Assembly (NCBI GenBank): GCA_945638575.1
Contig: CALZDP010000004.1
Location: 8,485 to 72,484, forward strand
From: an uncultured Clostridia bacterium
Lineage (GTDB): Bacteria; Bacillota; Clostridia; Christensenellales; Borkfalkiaceae
Length of the DNA: 64,000 nucleotides
Direction of reading: 5' to 3'
The notes beneath the pieces were generated by a model. That model saw nothing but the letters and a program-made list of their open reading frames with translations, did no database searches and was not told where the DNA came from. Below, one piece after another: positions 28,539-37,427 of the stretch. Position 1 is the stretch's first letter. Every line of letters begins with the position of its first letter. The translations under genes were made by a program, and so were the position numbers.

Positions 28539-29576
28539 ATGGATTTTAAATATGCCGAATACGCAACCGAAAGGGCGGTTGAACTTTTAAATATAGACAG
28601 TCCCACGGGGTTTACGGACAACGCGATAAAATGGGTAAAGGAAAAGTTTGAAAGTTTTGGGTATAAAGGAGAATACACCGTTAAAGGCGGAGTTATCATA
28701 GACCTTGGCGGTGAAGATTCGGACAACGCCCTTCTACTTGAAGCGCACACCGACACTTTGGGCGGTATGGTTGCCGAAATAAAGGCTAACGGAAGGCTTC
28801 GTTTAACCAACCTTGGCGGAATGAATGCCAACAACGGCGAAGCGGAAAACGTTAAAGTTTACACGCGTGAAGGAAAGGTCGTGGAAGGCACGTTACAACT
28901 TATAAACGCTTCCTTGCACGTAAACGGCGGCTACAACGACGTTAAACGTTCCTTTGATACTACCGAAGTAGTTCTTGACGAAGAAGTCAAAACCAAAGAC
29001 GACGTTAAAAAATCAGGTATAGAGGTCGGCGATATCGTTTGTTTTGAGCCGAGAACGCGCATTACCGAAAGCGGATATATAAAAAGTCGTTTTTTGGACG
29101 ATAAACTGTCCGTCGGCATACTTTTAGGTCTTGCAAAATATCTTAAAGAAAACAAGGTTTACCTAAAACGTAAAGTTTACGTACACGTTACCGTATATGA
29201 AGAAGTAGGCCACGGCGGAGCGGCGTCGGTACCCGTTGGGGTTAAAGAAGCGATTTCTGTAGATATGGGTTGCGTCGGCGAAGGCCTTGGCTGCACCGAA
29301 ACAATGGTTTCTATCTGCGCGAAAGATTCCCACGGTCCGTATGCCTATGAAGTTGTCGGCAAACTTATAGAAGCGGCAAAAAAATCGGGTGCCGATTATG
29401 CTGTTGACGTTTATCCCCATTACGGCTCTGACGTGGAAACCACGCTTTCGGCAGGCGCGGACGTGAAACACGGACTTATCGGGGCAGGTGTTTACGCAAG
29501 CCACGGTTACGAAAGAAGCCATAAAAAAGGCGTTTACAACACCTTACTCGTTTTAGCGGAGTATCTTGGTTTGTAA
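28539..29576 (+). CDS. M42 family metallopeptidase (glutamyl aminopeptidase / FrvX-like)
   Basis: 345 aa with EAHTDTLG, FLDDKLSVG and YEEVGHGGA motifs; RBS AAGAGG 7 nt upstream. Confidence 0.85.
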   Translation: MDFKYAEYATERAVELLNIDSPTGFTDNAIKWVKEKFESFGYKGEYTVKGGVIIDLGGEDSDNALLLEAHTDTLGGMVAEIKANGRLRLTNLGGMNANNGEAENVKVYTREGKVVEGTLQLINASLHVNGGYNDVKRSFDTTEVVLDEEVKTKDDVKKSGIEVGDIVCFEPRTRITESGYIKSRFLDDKLSVGILLGLAKYLKENKVYLKRKVYVHVTVYEEVGHGGAASVPVGVKEAISVDMGCVGEGLGCTETMVSICAKDSHGPYAYEVVGKLIEAAKKSGADYAVDVYPHYGSDVETTLSAGADVKHGLIGAGVYASHGYERSHKKGVYNTLLVLAEYLGL

Positions 29577-29601
29577 TTTTTTGCAAAACAAAGAAAATCC
29601 C

Positions 29602-29630
29602 TTGACTTTTAAAATAAAATATGTTTTAAT
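29602..29630 (+). promoter_or_regulatory. Sigma-A-type promoter of the riboswitch-mntP unit
   Basis: TTGACT (29602-29607), a 17-nt spacer, then TTTAAT (29625-29630). Confidence 0.6.
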
Positions 29631-29633
29631 TTA

Positions 29634-29735
29634 TCTACCCGTGGGGGAGTAGCAAGCGTATTTTTTGCGCAACAAGTCAACACACCGTCCATAAATGGTC
29701 TGGCTTGTTTTAATTTGCGAGACTCATGTATATCT
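29634..29735 (+). promoter_or_regulatory. yybP-ykoY (Mn2+) riboswitch aptamer
   Basis: Conserved GGGGAGUAGC (29643-29652), pairing AACAAG/CUUGUU, GUCAACACA, and UUUGCGAGAC (compare UUAGCAAGACC in the L. lactis element). It sits directly upstream of mntP, the canonical regulated gene. Confidence 0.8.
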
Positions 29736-29769
29736 ATTATGGCTATACACCCCTCGTTTACACTGCTTT

Positions 29770-29806
29770 TGCGTCGGATATAGCGATATATCCGACTTTT
29801 TGTTTA
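29770..29806 (+). terminator. Intrinsic terminator, the likely expression platform of the Mn2+ riboswitch
   Basis: GTCGGATATA-GCG-ATATATCCGAC followed by TTTTTGTTT, ending 3 nt before the mntP ATG. Confidence 0.75.
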
Positions 29807-29808
29807 TT

Positions 29809-30396
29809 ATGTGGACTTTTGATTTCTTTCTTAACGGCATTCTGCTCGGCGTCGGGCTTGCCATGGACGCATTTTGCGTTTCTTTGGCGAACGGTATGAA
29901 CGAACCTAAAATGCCATTTAAAAAAACTAACGCCATCGGCTTGACTTTTTCCGTTTTTCAAGGGATAATGCCCCTTTTAGGGTGGCTTCTTTGTCATACC
30001 GTTCTTACCTATTTTAAGGTTTTCGAACATTTTATTCCTTGGATAGCCATATCGCTTTTAGGGTATATCGGCGGAAAAATGCTTTACGAAGGCATTAAAA
30101 ATAAGGGCGAAGAAAAGCCGGCGACTACCTTTATCGCACTTTTACTGCAAGGAATAGCAACTTCTATCGACGCTTTGTCGGCAGGGCTTACCATAGCAAG
30201 TTACGATTTTTTGTTTGCGGCGGTAACTGCGATTTTGATTGCCTCTGTAACATATTTGATTTCGATTGTCGGTGTGTTTATAGGCAAAAAATTCGGTACG
30301 GCGATTTCCGGTAAAGCAACCGTTTTCGGCGGTATTATTTTAATCATTATCGGTATCGAAATTTTCATTAAGTGTATGATAAACCTATATAGTTAA
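29809..30396 (+). CDS. mntP: Manganese efflux pump MntP
   Basis: The ORF track starts at 29695, which is inside the riboswitch. The Met at 29809 (MWTFDFFLNGILLGVGLAMDAFCVSLANG...) gives a ~195-aa protein with the two MntP DAF/DAL repeats. No obvious SD precedes it. Confidence 0.8.
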   Translation: MWTFDFFLNGILLGVGLAMDAFCVSLANGMNEPKMPFKKTNAIGLTFSVFQGIMPLLGWLLCHTVLTYFKVFEHFIPWIAISLLGYIGGKMLYEGIKNKGEEKPATTFIALLLQGIATSIDALSAGLTIASYDFLFAAVTAILIASVTYLISIVGVFIGKKFGTAISGKATVFGGIILIIIGIEIFIKCMINLYS

Positions 30397-30663
30397 GAAT
30401 TAAGAATACCTATGGTTACTCAAGTTTGAGATAGCATATGGGCGCAGCCACTCTGTCAACTGCGTTGACATCTCCCCTTGCACAGTACCCCTCAGGTGCT
30501 TCGCACCAGCTCCCCTTAAAAGGGGCGCCATAAGTGAATAGTTCGGTGCTTGGTAGTATACTGTACAGGTTTGAGTGTGCGTCAGCATTTTATATAATTA
30601 CTCCAATACCACAATTCTTAATTCAAAATTCTTAATTCTTAATTAAAAGGGCACGAAGTGCCC
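30393..30663 (+). repeat. Structured AT-rich repeat element A, bounded by 15-bp inverted repeats TTAAGAATTAAGAAT
   Basis: Left arm 30393-30407 overlaps the mntP stop; right arm is 30628-30642. The interior has several perfect hairpins (GTCAAC-TGC-GTTGAC, GGTG-CTTCG-CACC, CCCCTT-AAA-AGGGG). Segment 30567-30642 is near-identical to the reverse complement of parts of 37504-37680. The element ends with hairpin GGGCAC-GAA-GTGCCC. Confidence 0.7.
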
Positions 30664-30664
30664 G

Positions 30665-30689
30665 TAAACAGGCTTATAGCCCCACTTTT
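30665..30689 (-). repeat. 24-nt motif copy, reverse orientation (TAAACAGGCTTATAGCCCCACTTTT), immediately after repeat element A
   Basis: Read directly. Confidence 0.85.
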
Positions 30690-30728
30690 ATACGATTTTA
30701 CATTTTTATAACAAAGGAGATTTATCTG

Positions 30729-31727
30729 ATGTTGGAAGCAGTTTTACTGTTTTTACTTGGCTTTATTTTGCTTATTAAAGGCGGAGATTGGTTTGTCGAC
30801 GGATCCGCGGGAATTGCAAAAAGATTTAAAATACCCGAACTTATCATCGGCGCAACCGTGGTATCTATCGGCACGACGTTACCCGAAGTCATGGTGTCGT
30901 CAAGCGCGGCGGCAATCGGTAACGGCGCAACCGCTTACGGCAATGCGATAGGTTCGATTATTTGCAATTCCGCACTTATCTGCGGTATAACCATTACGGC
31001 AAAGCCTGCGCTTGTTGACAGAAAACCTTTGATTATCCCCGTAATATTCTTCTTTTCGGCGGCAATCTTTTATTCGTTGGTAGCGTATATCGGCGGAGAG
31101 TTTACAAGGCTTGTGGGTATAATACTTCTTTGCGTATTCATTATATATATGGTTTTGTCGGTCGTAAGCATTAAAAAATCGCCCAAGCCTTTAGATACGG
31201 AACCCGAAAACGAAAGCAAGACAGGAAGATTTCCTAAATGGGATAAATTTAAAACTACCGTCGCCTATGAGATTATTGCGCTTATAGTGGGCGCAGCCTG
31301 TATCGCCGTCGGCGCAAGACTGCTTGTAGATAACTGCACGATTATAGCAAAGGAAATAGGGGTACCGGAAACCGTTATCGCCCTTACGTTAGTAGCACTC
31401 GGAACCTCCTTGCCGGAACTTGTAACCGCCATAACCTCTTTAATAAAAGGACACGGCTCCCTTTCTTTGGGCAATATTATAGGCGCTAACCTGTTTAACC
31501 TGGTATTGGTAAGCGGTATGGCTATTACGATTAACCCCTTCCCCGTTCCGTCGGAAAAGTTGTTCATGGGATATAACGCTTCGTTTGTTATCGACATACC
31601 CGTAATGTTCCTTGTGATGGGAATTTTGACCATTCCTACCATATTTACCAAAAAAACGTCAAGATGGCAAGGTATTGCATTACTCGCTATCTGCGTTAGT
31701 TATTACGTGTTTCAATTTGCCGTTTAA
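30729..31727 (+). CDS. Calcium/sodium antiporter, CaCA family (YrbG-like)
   Basis: 332 aa with two alpha-repeats (GATVVSIGTTLPE and LTLVALGTSLPELVT) and 10 TM segments. Confidence 0.85.
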   Translation: MLEAVLLFLLGFILLIKGGDWFVDGSAGIAKRFKIPELIIGATVVSIGTTLPEVMVSSSAAAIGNGATAYGNAIGSIICNSALICGITITAKPALVDRKPLIIPVIFFFSAAIFYSLVAYIGGEFTRLVGIILLCVFIIYMVLSVVSIKKSPKPLDTEPENESKTGRFPKWDKFKTTVAYEIIALIVGAACIAVGARLLVDNCTIIAKEIGVPETVIALTLVALGTSLPELVTAITSLIKGHGSLSLGNIIGANLFNLVLVSGMAITINPFPVPSEKLFMGYNASFVIDIPVMFLVMGILTIPTIFTKKTSRWQGIALLAICVSYYVFQFAV

Positions 31728-31790
31728 TAATAAAAAACCGCCCCTCTTTTTAAGGACTCTGGCGGTTTTATTTTTGCTAAAATAGGTCAA

Positions 31791-31814
31791 TAACGGGCTT
31801 ATAGGCAAACTTTT
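31791..31814 (-). repeat. 24-nt motif copy, reverse orientation (TAACGGGCTTATAGGCAAACTTTT), abutting the NCS2 permease stop codon
   Basis: Read directly. Confidence 0.9.
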
Positions 31815-33266
31815 TTAATTTTGTTTGGTCTTAGCATCGGTGAATTTTGACCGTTTTTTAAAAGTAAAATTCATATCGTCGGGTAAAATCCAACTTAGTA
31901 TAAAGGATATTACGAACATATTAAGAACGTTATTTGAAAGCATATCCGCAAGGTAATTGAGCCCCGCTTCATTTAAGTAGGTAAAAAGCCCCGTTACCGT
32001 AGTTAACCCGAAGCCCAAACAAAGGGACAGAGAAATTATAAGAACGTTTTTTGCGGAAAAGCCTTGCTTTGCACACATTTCCATACCGACAACGGCGATT
32101 GAACCGAACAGTATAACCATAGTTCCGCCGATTACGCAGTCGGGAATGGTAAGCAAAAAGTTTGATATTATCGGGAAAAACGACGCCGCTATTAAAAACA
32201 GCGAACCGATAAACACAGTAAAACGGTTTACCGCTTTAGTGCTTGTTACTATGCTTACGTTTTGAGCAAAGGTTGTAAGCGGAAGGGCGCCGAAGAAAGA
32301 ACATAAAAAGGAATTGAAGCCGTCCGCAACCAAAGTACCCGTGATTTCACGATTGGTCGGTTCTCTGTTTAAGGCTCCTCGGCAAATTGCCGTGGCGTCC
32401 CCTATGCCTTCCACAACCGAAATTAAGAAAAATATCGTGGTTAAAAGTATGGGAATCGGCTCGAAACGGAATTTTGCTATATCGGCAAACTCGGGATAAA
32501 AAATTACGTCGGAAAAATCTTTTATTTGCAGGGCGGAAAAATCTATTACGTTCGGCACAAAAAGGCAAATTACGTAGCCTACCGCCATACCGAATATTAT
32601 ATTCAAATTTTTCCACACGCCCTTGGCAAAAATCTGCCAAAACACCGCGGAAAGCAAGGAAGCCGCCGCAATAATTATATAAACGTAAACAGGTTGCGGA
32701 TTTTTATCGCCGACAAGACCGTTTACCACCGTTTGTCCGCCCAAAAATTGGGTTGCACCGCTGTTAACAAGGCTTAGCCCTATGGCAAGCACCACTACGC
32801 AAGGCACAATGGGCTTGATTAACCTTCCCCACCACTTTATAAATAAGCACAAAACGGAAGATATAAGCCCACCTGCCATTACAGAACCTAAAATAAGGTA
32901 ATATCCGCCTTCACCGCCGCCTGCAGAAGTGCCTATGGAAGTAAAAATACCGACGAATGTAAAGGAAGTTCCTATTACTATCGGAAGTTTTGCGCCTATA
33001 AATACTTGCACAGCCGTACCGATACCTGCCATGAACAAAGCGCCGGTCATGGCGGAAGTCGCTAAGTCCGTACCGTAAATACCCAACCCGCCAAAAACTA
33101 TCAACAGCGGTGTTACGTTGGCAACGAACATAGCAAGAACGTGCTGTATGCCAAACGGAATTGCTCGGCTTAACGGAACCCTTCCGTTAATTTTATAAAT
33201 ATTGTTAACGTCCTTACCTTTAAAAACGGCTTTGATTCCGTCCAAAAGGTCTTTAAAAAAAGTCAT
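31815..33266 (-). CDS. Nucleobase:cation symporter-2 (NCS2) family permease (xanthine/uracil-type)
   Basis: 483 aa polytopic protein; FGIQHVLAMFVANVTP and the general NCS2 layout. Confidence 0.8.
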   Translation of the reverse strand: MTFFKDLLDGIKAVFKGKDVNNIYKINGRVPLSRAIPFGIQHVLAMFVANVTPLLIVFGGLGIYGTDLATSAMTGALFMAGIGTAVQVFIGAKLPIVIGTSFTFVGIFTSIGTSAGGGEGGYYLILGSVMAGGLISSVLCLFIKWWGRLIKPIVPCVVVLAIGLSLVNSGATQFLGGQTVVNGLVGDKNPQPVYVYIIIAAASLLSAVFWQIFAKGVWKNLNIIFGMAVGYVICLFVPNVIDFSALQIKDFSDVIFYPEFADIAKFRFEPIPILLTTIFFLISVVEGIGDATAICRGALNREPTNREITGTLVADGFNSFLCSFFGALPLTTFAQNVSIVTSTKAVNRFTVFIGSLFLIAASFFPIISNFLLTIPDCVIGGTMVILFGSIAVVGMEMCAKQGFSAKNVLIISLSLCLGFGLTTVTGLFTYLNEAGLNYLADMLSNNVLNMFVISFILSWILPDDMNFTFKKRSKFTDAKTKQN

Positions 33267-33436
33267 TTTTTACCCCGACTAAGCGTACGGACATAAAATT
33301 TTTTATTTTATATCGGCACGTTTTTACGCTCATTACAGTATAAACATATTGTAATATAAAAATTCGGTTTTGTAAACCCCCGATAATAAAATTACCGTAA
33401 AACATCGCCCCGTTCGGCAATTTTTTAAAAAAACGG

Positions 33437-34864
33437 TTGCCTTTTTACAAAATAGCGATTAAACTACTATTGATGGATACTATGAATACAGTCGATAGAT
33501 ATTACAAAAAAATGACGGAAACTTCCGTCTATAAATTGATACTTAAACTCGGGCTTCCCACCACCATATCCATGCTTATAACCAACATTTATAATTTGGC
33601 GGACACCTATTTTGTGGGAACGCTTGGTAAAAGCGCACAAGCGGCGACCGGGGTTTTGTTTACCTTGCAGGCAATTATTCAGGCGGTTGCTTTTATGCTC
33701 GGACACGGGTCGGGCACTTACTGCTCTAAATCGCTTGCCGAAAAGGATAAAGATACCGCAACGACTTATGTTTCCACTGCATTCTTTTCGGGGCTTATCT
33801 TCGGTGGATTTTTACTTATCGCAGGACTTATCTTTTTAACCCCCTTTATGCGACTTTTGGGAAGCACCGACACCATTTTGCCTTACGCCGAAGATTACGG
33901 TTTTTGGGTTCTTATCGCCTGCCCGTTTATGATAGGTTCGCTTATACTAAACAACAATTTGCGTTATGAAGGCATTGCCATGTTTTCCATGATAGGGCTT
34001 TGCTTCGGCGGACTTTTGAACATCTTGGGCGACTACATATTTATTATGAAAATGGATATGGGCGTTTACGGCGCAGGGCTTTCGACGGCTATATCTCAAG
34101 TGGTAAGTTTTGTAATTTTGCTTGTTTTGTATATTTTTAAGGCGCAGGCGTCGCTAAAAATCAAAGCGGTAAAATTTAATCAAGAAGTTTTTGTCAATAT
34201 CATAAAGGGCGGACTGCCTTCGCTTATACGTCAAGGTCTTACCTCTTTATCCAACGGCATATTAAATAACCTGACCAAACCCTTCGGCGACGCGGCTATT
34301 GCGGCAATTAGCATTGTAAACAGGTACTCTTCCTTCGTATTGGCTATAGGCATAGGCTTGGGGCAAGGCTTTCAGCCGGTATGCTCATTTAACTACAGCG
34401 CAGGTAAAATCAAACGTGTAAAACAAGGACTTTTGTTTGTTTGGATATTCTCAACCGCGCTTGTCGGTCTTTTATCCTTTTTCGGAATAATATTCGCGCC
34501 AAACGTAATTGCGCTTTTCCAAAAAAACGATGAAGTTATTAAAATCGGCTCAACCGCGTTAAGATTTGCCTCGGTAGGCTTGCTGTTTTTATCATCGTCG
34601 ACCACCGCCAATATGCTTTATCAAAGCATAAGAAGCGCAAAAATCGCTTCTATTTTAGCCCTGCTTCGTTCAGGCCTGGTACTTATCCCCGTTTTGTTTT
34701 TGCTTTCAAACTTTTTCGGGCTTTTCGGAATACAAAGCGCACAAGGAATTTCCGACGTGATTTCCGGCATAATAAGTATCCCCTTTATAATCAGATTTTT
34801 ACGCCTTAAAACGGAAGAAATCGATCAAAAGTCCGCCTATAAGCCCGTTAACGGTCGTTTTTAA
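33437..34864 (+). CDS. MATE family efflux transporter (start codon uncertain; C-terminal tail encoded by the 24-nt motif)
   Basis: 12 TM segments; LGLPTTISMLITNIYNLADTYFVG is a MATE N-terminus. The true start is probably one of the downstream Met codons (MNTVDRYY or MTETSV). Confidence 0.8.
   Translation: MPFYKIAIKLLLMDTMNTVDRYYKKMTETSVYKLILKLGLPTTISMLITNIYNLADTYFVGTLGKSAQAATGVLFTLQAIIQAVAFMLGHGSGTYCSKSLAEKDKDTATTYVSTAFFSGLIFGGFLLIAGLIFLTPFMRLLGSTDTILPYAEDYGFWVLIACPFMIGSLILNNNLRYEGIAMFSMIGLCFGGLLNILGDYIFIMKMDMGVYGAGLSTAISQVVSFVILLVLYIFKAQASLKIKAVKFNQEVFVNIIKGGLPSLIRQGLTSLSNGILNNLTKPFGDAAIAAISIVNRYSSFVLAIGIGLGQGFQPVCSFNYSAGKIKRVKQGLLFVWIFSTALVGLLSFFGIIFAPNVIALFQKNDEVIKIGSTALRFASVGLLFLSSSTTANMLYQSIRSAKIASILALLRSGLVLIPVLFLLSNFFGLFGIQSAQGISDVISGIISIPFIIRFLRLKTEEIDQKSAYKPVNGRF
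34827..34850 (+). repeat. 24-nt motif copy (AAAAGTCCGCCTATAAGCCCGTTA) forming the last codons of the MATE gene (…QKSAYKPVNGRF*)
   Basis: Read directly; the protein tail in the ORF track ends KSAYKPVNGRF. Confidence 0.9.
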
Positions 34865-34999
34865 TATCCGACAATCATTGTTTAGTACGCTAAAAACACA
34901 AACTCAACCAATAGTTTAGTTTTATTTTTTAAAAAAGTATTTACAAAAATAATTTTCCGGTTATAATATTATCAACAACAGATATTCAAAAAAGGACGG

Positions 35000-35458
35000 T
35001 TGAAAATGTTGAACGGTGCAAATAAAAAATTGTTTGGACTTTTGGCACTATTTTGTGTGGCAAGCCTATTACTGCTTTCAACAGGTTGCAACGGCAAGAC
35101 TGACTTTACCAAAGGCAGTTGGAAAGCAACAGATGTCACCATTGGTGATAAAAAAATTGATGAAATAGTGTTGTCCGTAAATGAGCAAAAAAAAGATTCT
35201 TCTTGCGTTATTACTTCTTGTGATATCGATTACGAATTACTGCTGACTATTAACGGCGAGCCGGTAACTGATTTAAGTGCAACTTACTATAGAAAAGAAC
35301 TAAGACTCGCTTTTGATTGGAATAATAATGGCATAAGACTTTCTGCCGTTATGAGAAGAAGAGAACAAAATACTTACATCGATACCCATATTATCCTTAT
35401 AGAAAACAATTCTTCTTTTAGCCAAACATCACAGGAAGTCTACATTATATTAAAATAA
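35000..35458 (+). CDS. Hypothetical lipoprotein
   Basis: Signal peptide plus lipobox LLSTGC. ATG at 35006 with AGGA 9 nt upstream is a more likely start than TTG at 35000. No recognisable family. Confidence 0.6.
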   Translation: MKMLNGANKKLFGLLALFCVASLLLLSTGCNGKTDFTKGSWKATDVTIGDKKIDEIVLSVNEQKKDSSCVITSCDIDYELLLTINGEPVTDLSATYYRKELRLAFDWNNNGIRLSAVMRRREQNTYIDTHIILIENNSSFSQTSQEVYIILK

Positions 35459-35515
35459 ACTATGCGCCGTAACTAACAAAGCAATATTTTAAAAAAACAC
35501 CGAGGGTAACATATA

Positions 35516-36115
35516 GTGATGAAAACATTGACAAAGACATCATTTATAATTATTATTTTAGTTATTTCGTTTATATTTAGTGCTTGCAATCCGTTTGACA
35601 ATACTTCCGGCGATTACTTAACAAAAAAGATGGATGAAATTTCGATTGAGTTTGAGGGATATGAGATAGTTAAAACTACAGCCCAAGATACAATGGTTGG
35701 ATTTGAGGGAAATGCCACGATAAACGAAGAGCCTATTCAAATATCAAGAAACGGCGGCGAAGAATACGTCATTCAATTTAGGAATAAAACGATTGCTATT
35801 AACGATGATTTTATGAGAGAAAATTGCCGTGCGTATGTTGAGATTCATTCAATTTGGATTAACTACTATTCAAAAACGACACAGGGTACAAATGAAAGTA
35901 GCAGAATTTATGGTGTGTTCGTTTATGACAATAATTTATTTATTATTACAAACGGATTAAGAAATTCCTTATCCCAATATGATTGTGCGTGGAAATATCC
36001 CATCACCTTATACTTATACAATTTTGAGTCGGGGAATGTTTTATATGCGGGTTATTATTCTGATTTTAGAAAGGATGAGACAAGTTTAAAAGTTTTAAAA
36101 AAGGAAAACACATAA
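35516..36115 (+). CDS. Hypothetical lipoprotein
   Basis: Signal peptide plus lipobox IFSAC; likely start ATG 35519. No recognisable family. Confidence 0.6.
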   Translation: MMKTLTKTSFIIIILVISFIFSACNPFDNTSGDYLTKKMDEISIEFEGYEIVKTTAQDTMVGFEGNATINEEPIQISRNGGEEYVIQFRNKTIAINDDFMRENCRAYVEIHSIWINYYSKTTQGTNESSRIYGVFVYDNNLFIITNGLRNSLSQYDCAWKYPITLYLYNFESGNVLYAGYYSDFRKDETSLKVLKKENT

Positions 36116-36229
36116 TCTATAAAAACATGAAAATAATATATATTTGTATACGATTATCGGCTTTGTTTATCTGTGATACAGATGGCGTTACGCCTGTAAA
36201 ACGGGTTTATAAAAAAGCAGAATAAGTAC

Positions 36230-36271
36230 AAAAAACAGGCGTGTTTGAAATTCCAAACACGCCTGTTTTTT
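36230..36271. terminator. Bidirectional rho-independent terminator between convergent genes
   Basis: AAAAAACAGGCGTGTTTG-AAATTC-CAAACACGCCTGTTTTTT: a perfect 13-bp stem with A-run and T-run flanks. Confidence 0.9.
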
Positions 36272-36314
36272 ATATATTGTCGTAAATCGTTTTAAATATT
36301 GTTTTATTTTATTT

Positions 36315-36788
36315 TTAATTACCGCTATTTGCGTCGTCATCTATGGCGGTTTCGGTTTTTACCGAATTCGCGGTTTCCGTTTGGCTGTTATCGTTCGTGG
36401 TTTTATCGCCGTCGACTGCTTTTTTATCGCTTGTTTCGGACTTTTTAGTGGTAGCGATACGTGCGTTTTTTTGTTCGTTTTTTATCCCCCACTGTACAAA
36501 AATCGAAAGCGCCGCCATAAGCACGATAATGATACCCAAAATGGCAAGTTCCTGAAGTTCGCGAACGATTAAAGTTCTTAAAACCTCACTGCCGAGTTTA
36601 AATTCCAAGGCAAGAGCGATACCTTCGGAAACTTCCAAACGGATGTCGTTTTTACCGCGAATAAGGTTTATAAGCGATTTTATAATGGTAAAACAAATAA
36701 TGCCTGCGCTTATAAGTTCTATCATTATAACGGCAAACCTTATTATGTATTCGTAAATCTCATTAAATTTTGTAAAAAACGCTTCCAT
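36315..36788 (-). CDS. DUF1622-like membrane protein with low-complexity C-terminal tail
   Basis: IELISAGIICFTIIKSLINLIRG...EGIALALEFKLGSEVLRT pattern recalled from DUF1622 proteins. It lies 6 nt downstream of the V-ATPase D gene, so it is possibly co-transcribed. Confidence 0.55.
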   Translation of the reverse strand: MEAFFTKFNEIYEYIIRFAVIMIELISAGIICFTIIKSLINLIRGKNDIRLEVSEGIALALEFKLGSEVLRTLIVRELQELAILGIIIVLMAALSIFVQWGIKNEQKNARIATTKKSETSDKKAVDGDKTTNDNSQTETANSVKTETAIDDDANSGN

Positions 36789-36794
36789 AAAGAC

Positions 36795-37427
36795 TTAGTC
36801 CTTCCTTTCGTTTATCATGCTTTTAACCTTCATAAGTCTGGTTAATGCACCCCTTTCGTTTTCGCCGAGTTTAGAGTTGATATATTTTATGGTTTCTTCA
36901 AGTTGAGGAATCATTACGTACTCTAAGGCATTGACGCGGCGTTTGTTTCTGACGATTTCTTCGGCAAGCATCTGCACCTTTTTTTCGACAACGGCAAGTT
37001 CAACCAAAACGCTTATAGCCTCGGTTATCTTTTTTACGGAATAATCGGCTTCGCTTGTAACGTTGGCATAAGAATACGGCATACCGCTACGCTTGGTTGC
37101 GGTAACCGAAATTTTAGGAACAATAACGTTCATAATGCTTTCGGTATCGAGTTCTAAGTTTAAAGAAGTCGAAGGCATATTAAAAGCATTCTCGGTTTCC
37201 GCCTCGCCCATAAGGGCGCGCGCGGAAGAGAATTCCTTTAATGCGTCTGCAAGCATGGCTTTTGCCTGTTCGCGCAAACGCTTGTTTTCCTTTATCATTA
37301 CGGAAAACCGACGAATCATTTCGTCAGACTTGTCTTTTAAAAGTTTATGCCCACGTTTGGCGGTACTTAACCTTTGTTTAAGTTTTTTAAGTTCCATCCT
37401 GGTGGGATTAACGTTTAGTCTTGCCAT
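36795..37427 (-). CDS. ntpD: V-type ATP synthase subunit D
   Basis: MARLNVNPTRMELKKLKQRLSTAKRGHKLLKDK is the canonical V/A-ATPase D N-terminus; 210 aa. Confidence 0.95.
   Translation of the reverse strand: MARLNVNPTRMELKKLKQRLSTAKRGHKLLKDKSDEMIRRFSVMIKENKRLREQAKAMLADALKEFSSARALMGEAETENAFNMPSTSLNLELDTESIMNVIVPKISVTATKRSGMPYSYANVTSEADYSVKKITEAISVLVELAVVEKKVQMLAEEIVRNKRRVNALEYVMIPQLEETIKYINSKLGENERGALTRLMKVKSMINERKD

Noticed and set aside
28403-28834. 143-aa minus-strand ORF containing QSQSQSQ
   Set aside because: It overlaps the start of the well-supported M42 peptidase gene in antisense. The QSQSQS run is just the translation of the (TTGGCT)4 microsatellite.
29695-29808. N-terminal 38 residues of the track's mntP ORF
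   Set aside because: This stretch translates the yybP-ykoY aptamer and its terminator. MntP homology starts at the Met at 29809.
30400-30588. 62-aa minus-strand ORF inside repeat element A
   Set aside because: It has no RBS, the sequence is dominated by hairpin arms, and the ORF is not preserved in the related element at 37428-37685.
33267-33436. Possible purine riboswitch upstream of the NCS2 xanthine/uracil-type permease
   Set aside because: The leader lacks the conserved purine-riboswitch loop and junction motifs (UAUAAU...UAUGG...CUACC...CCGUAAA...GACUA). No other known element was recognised.
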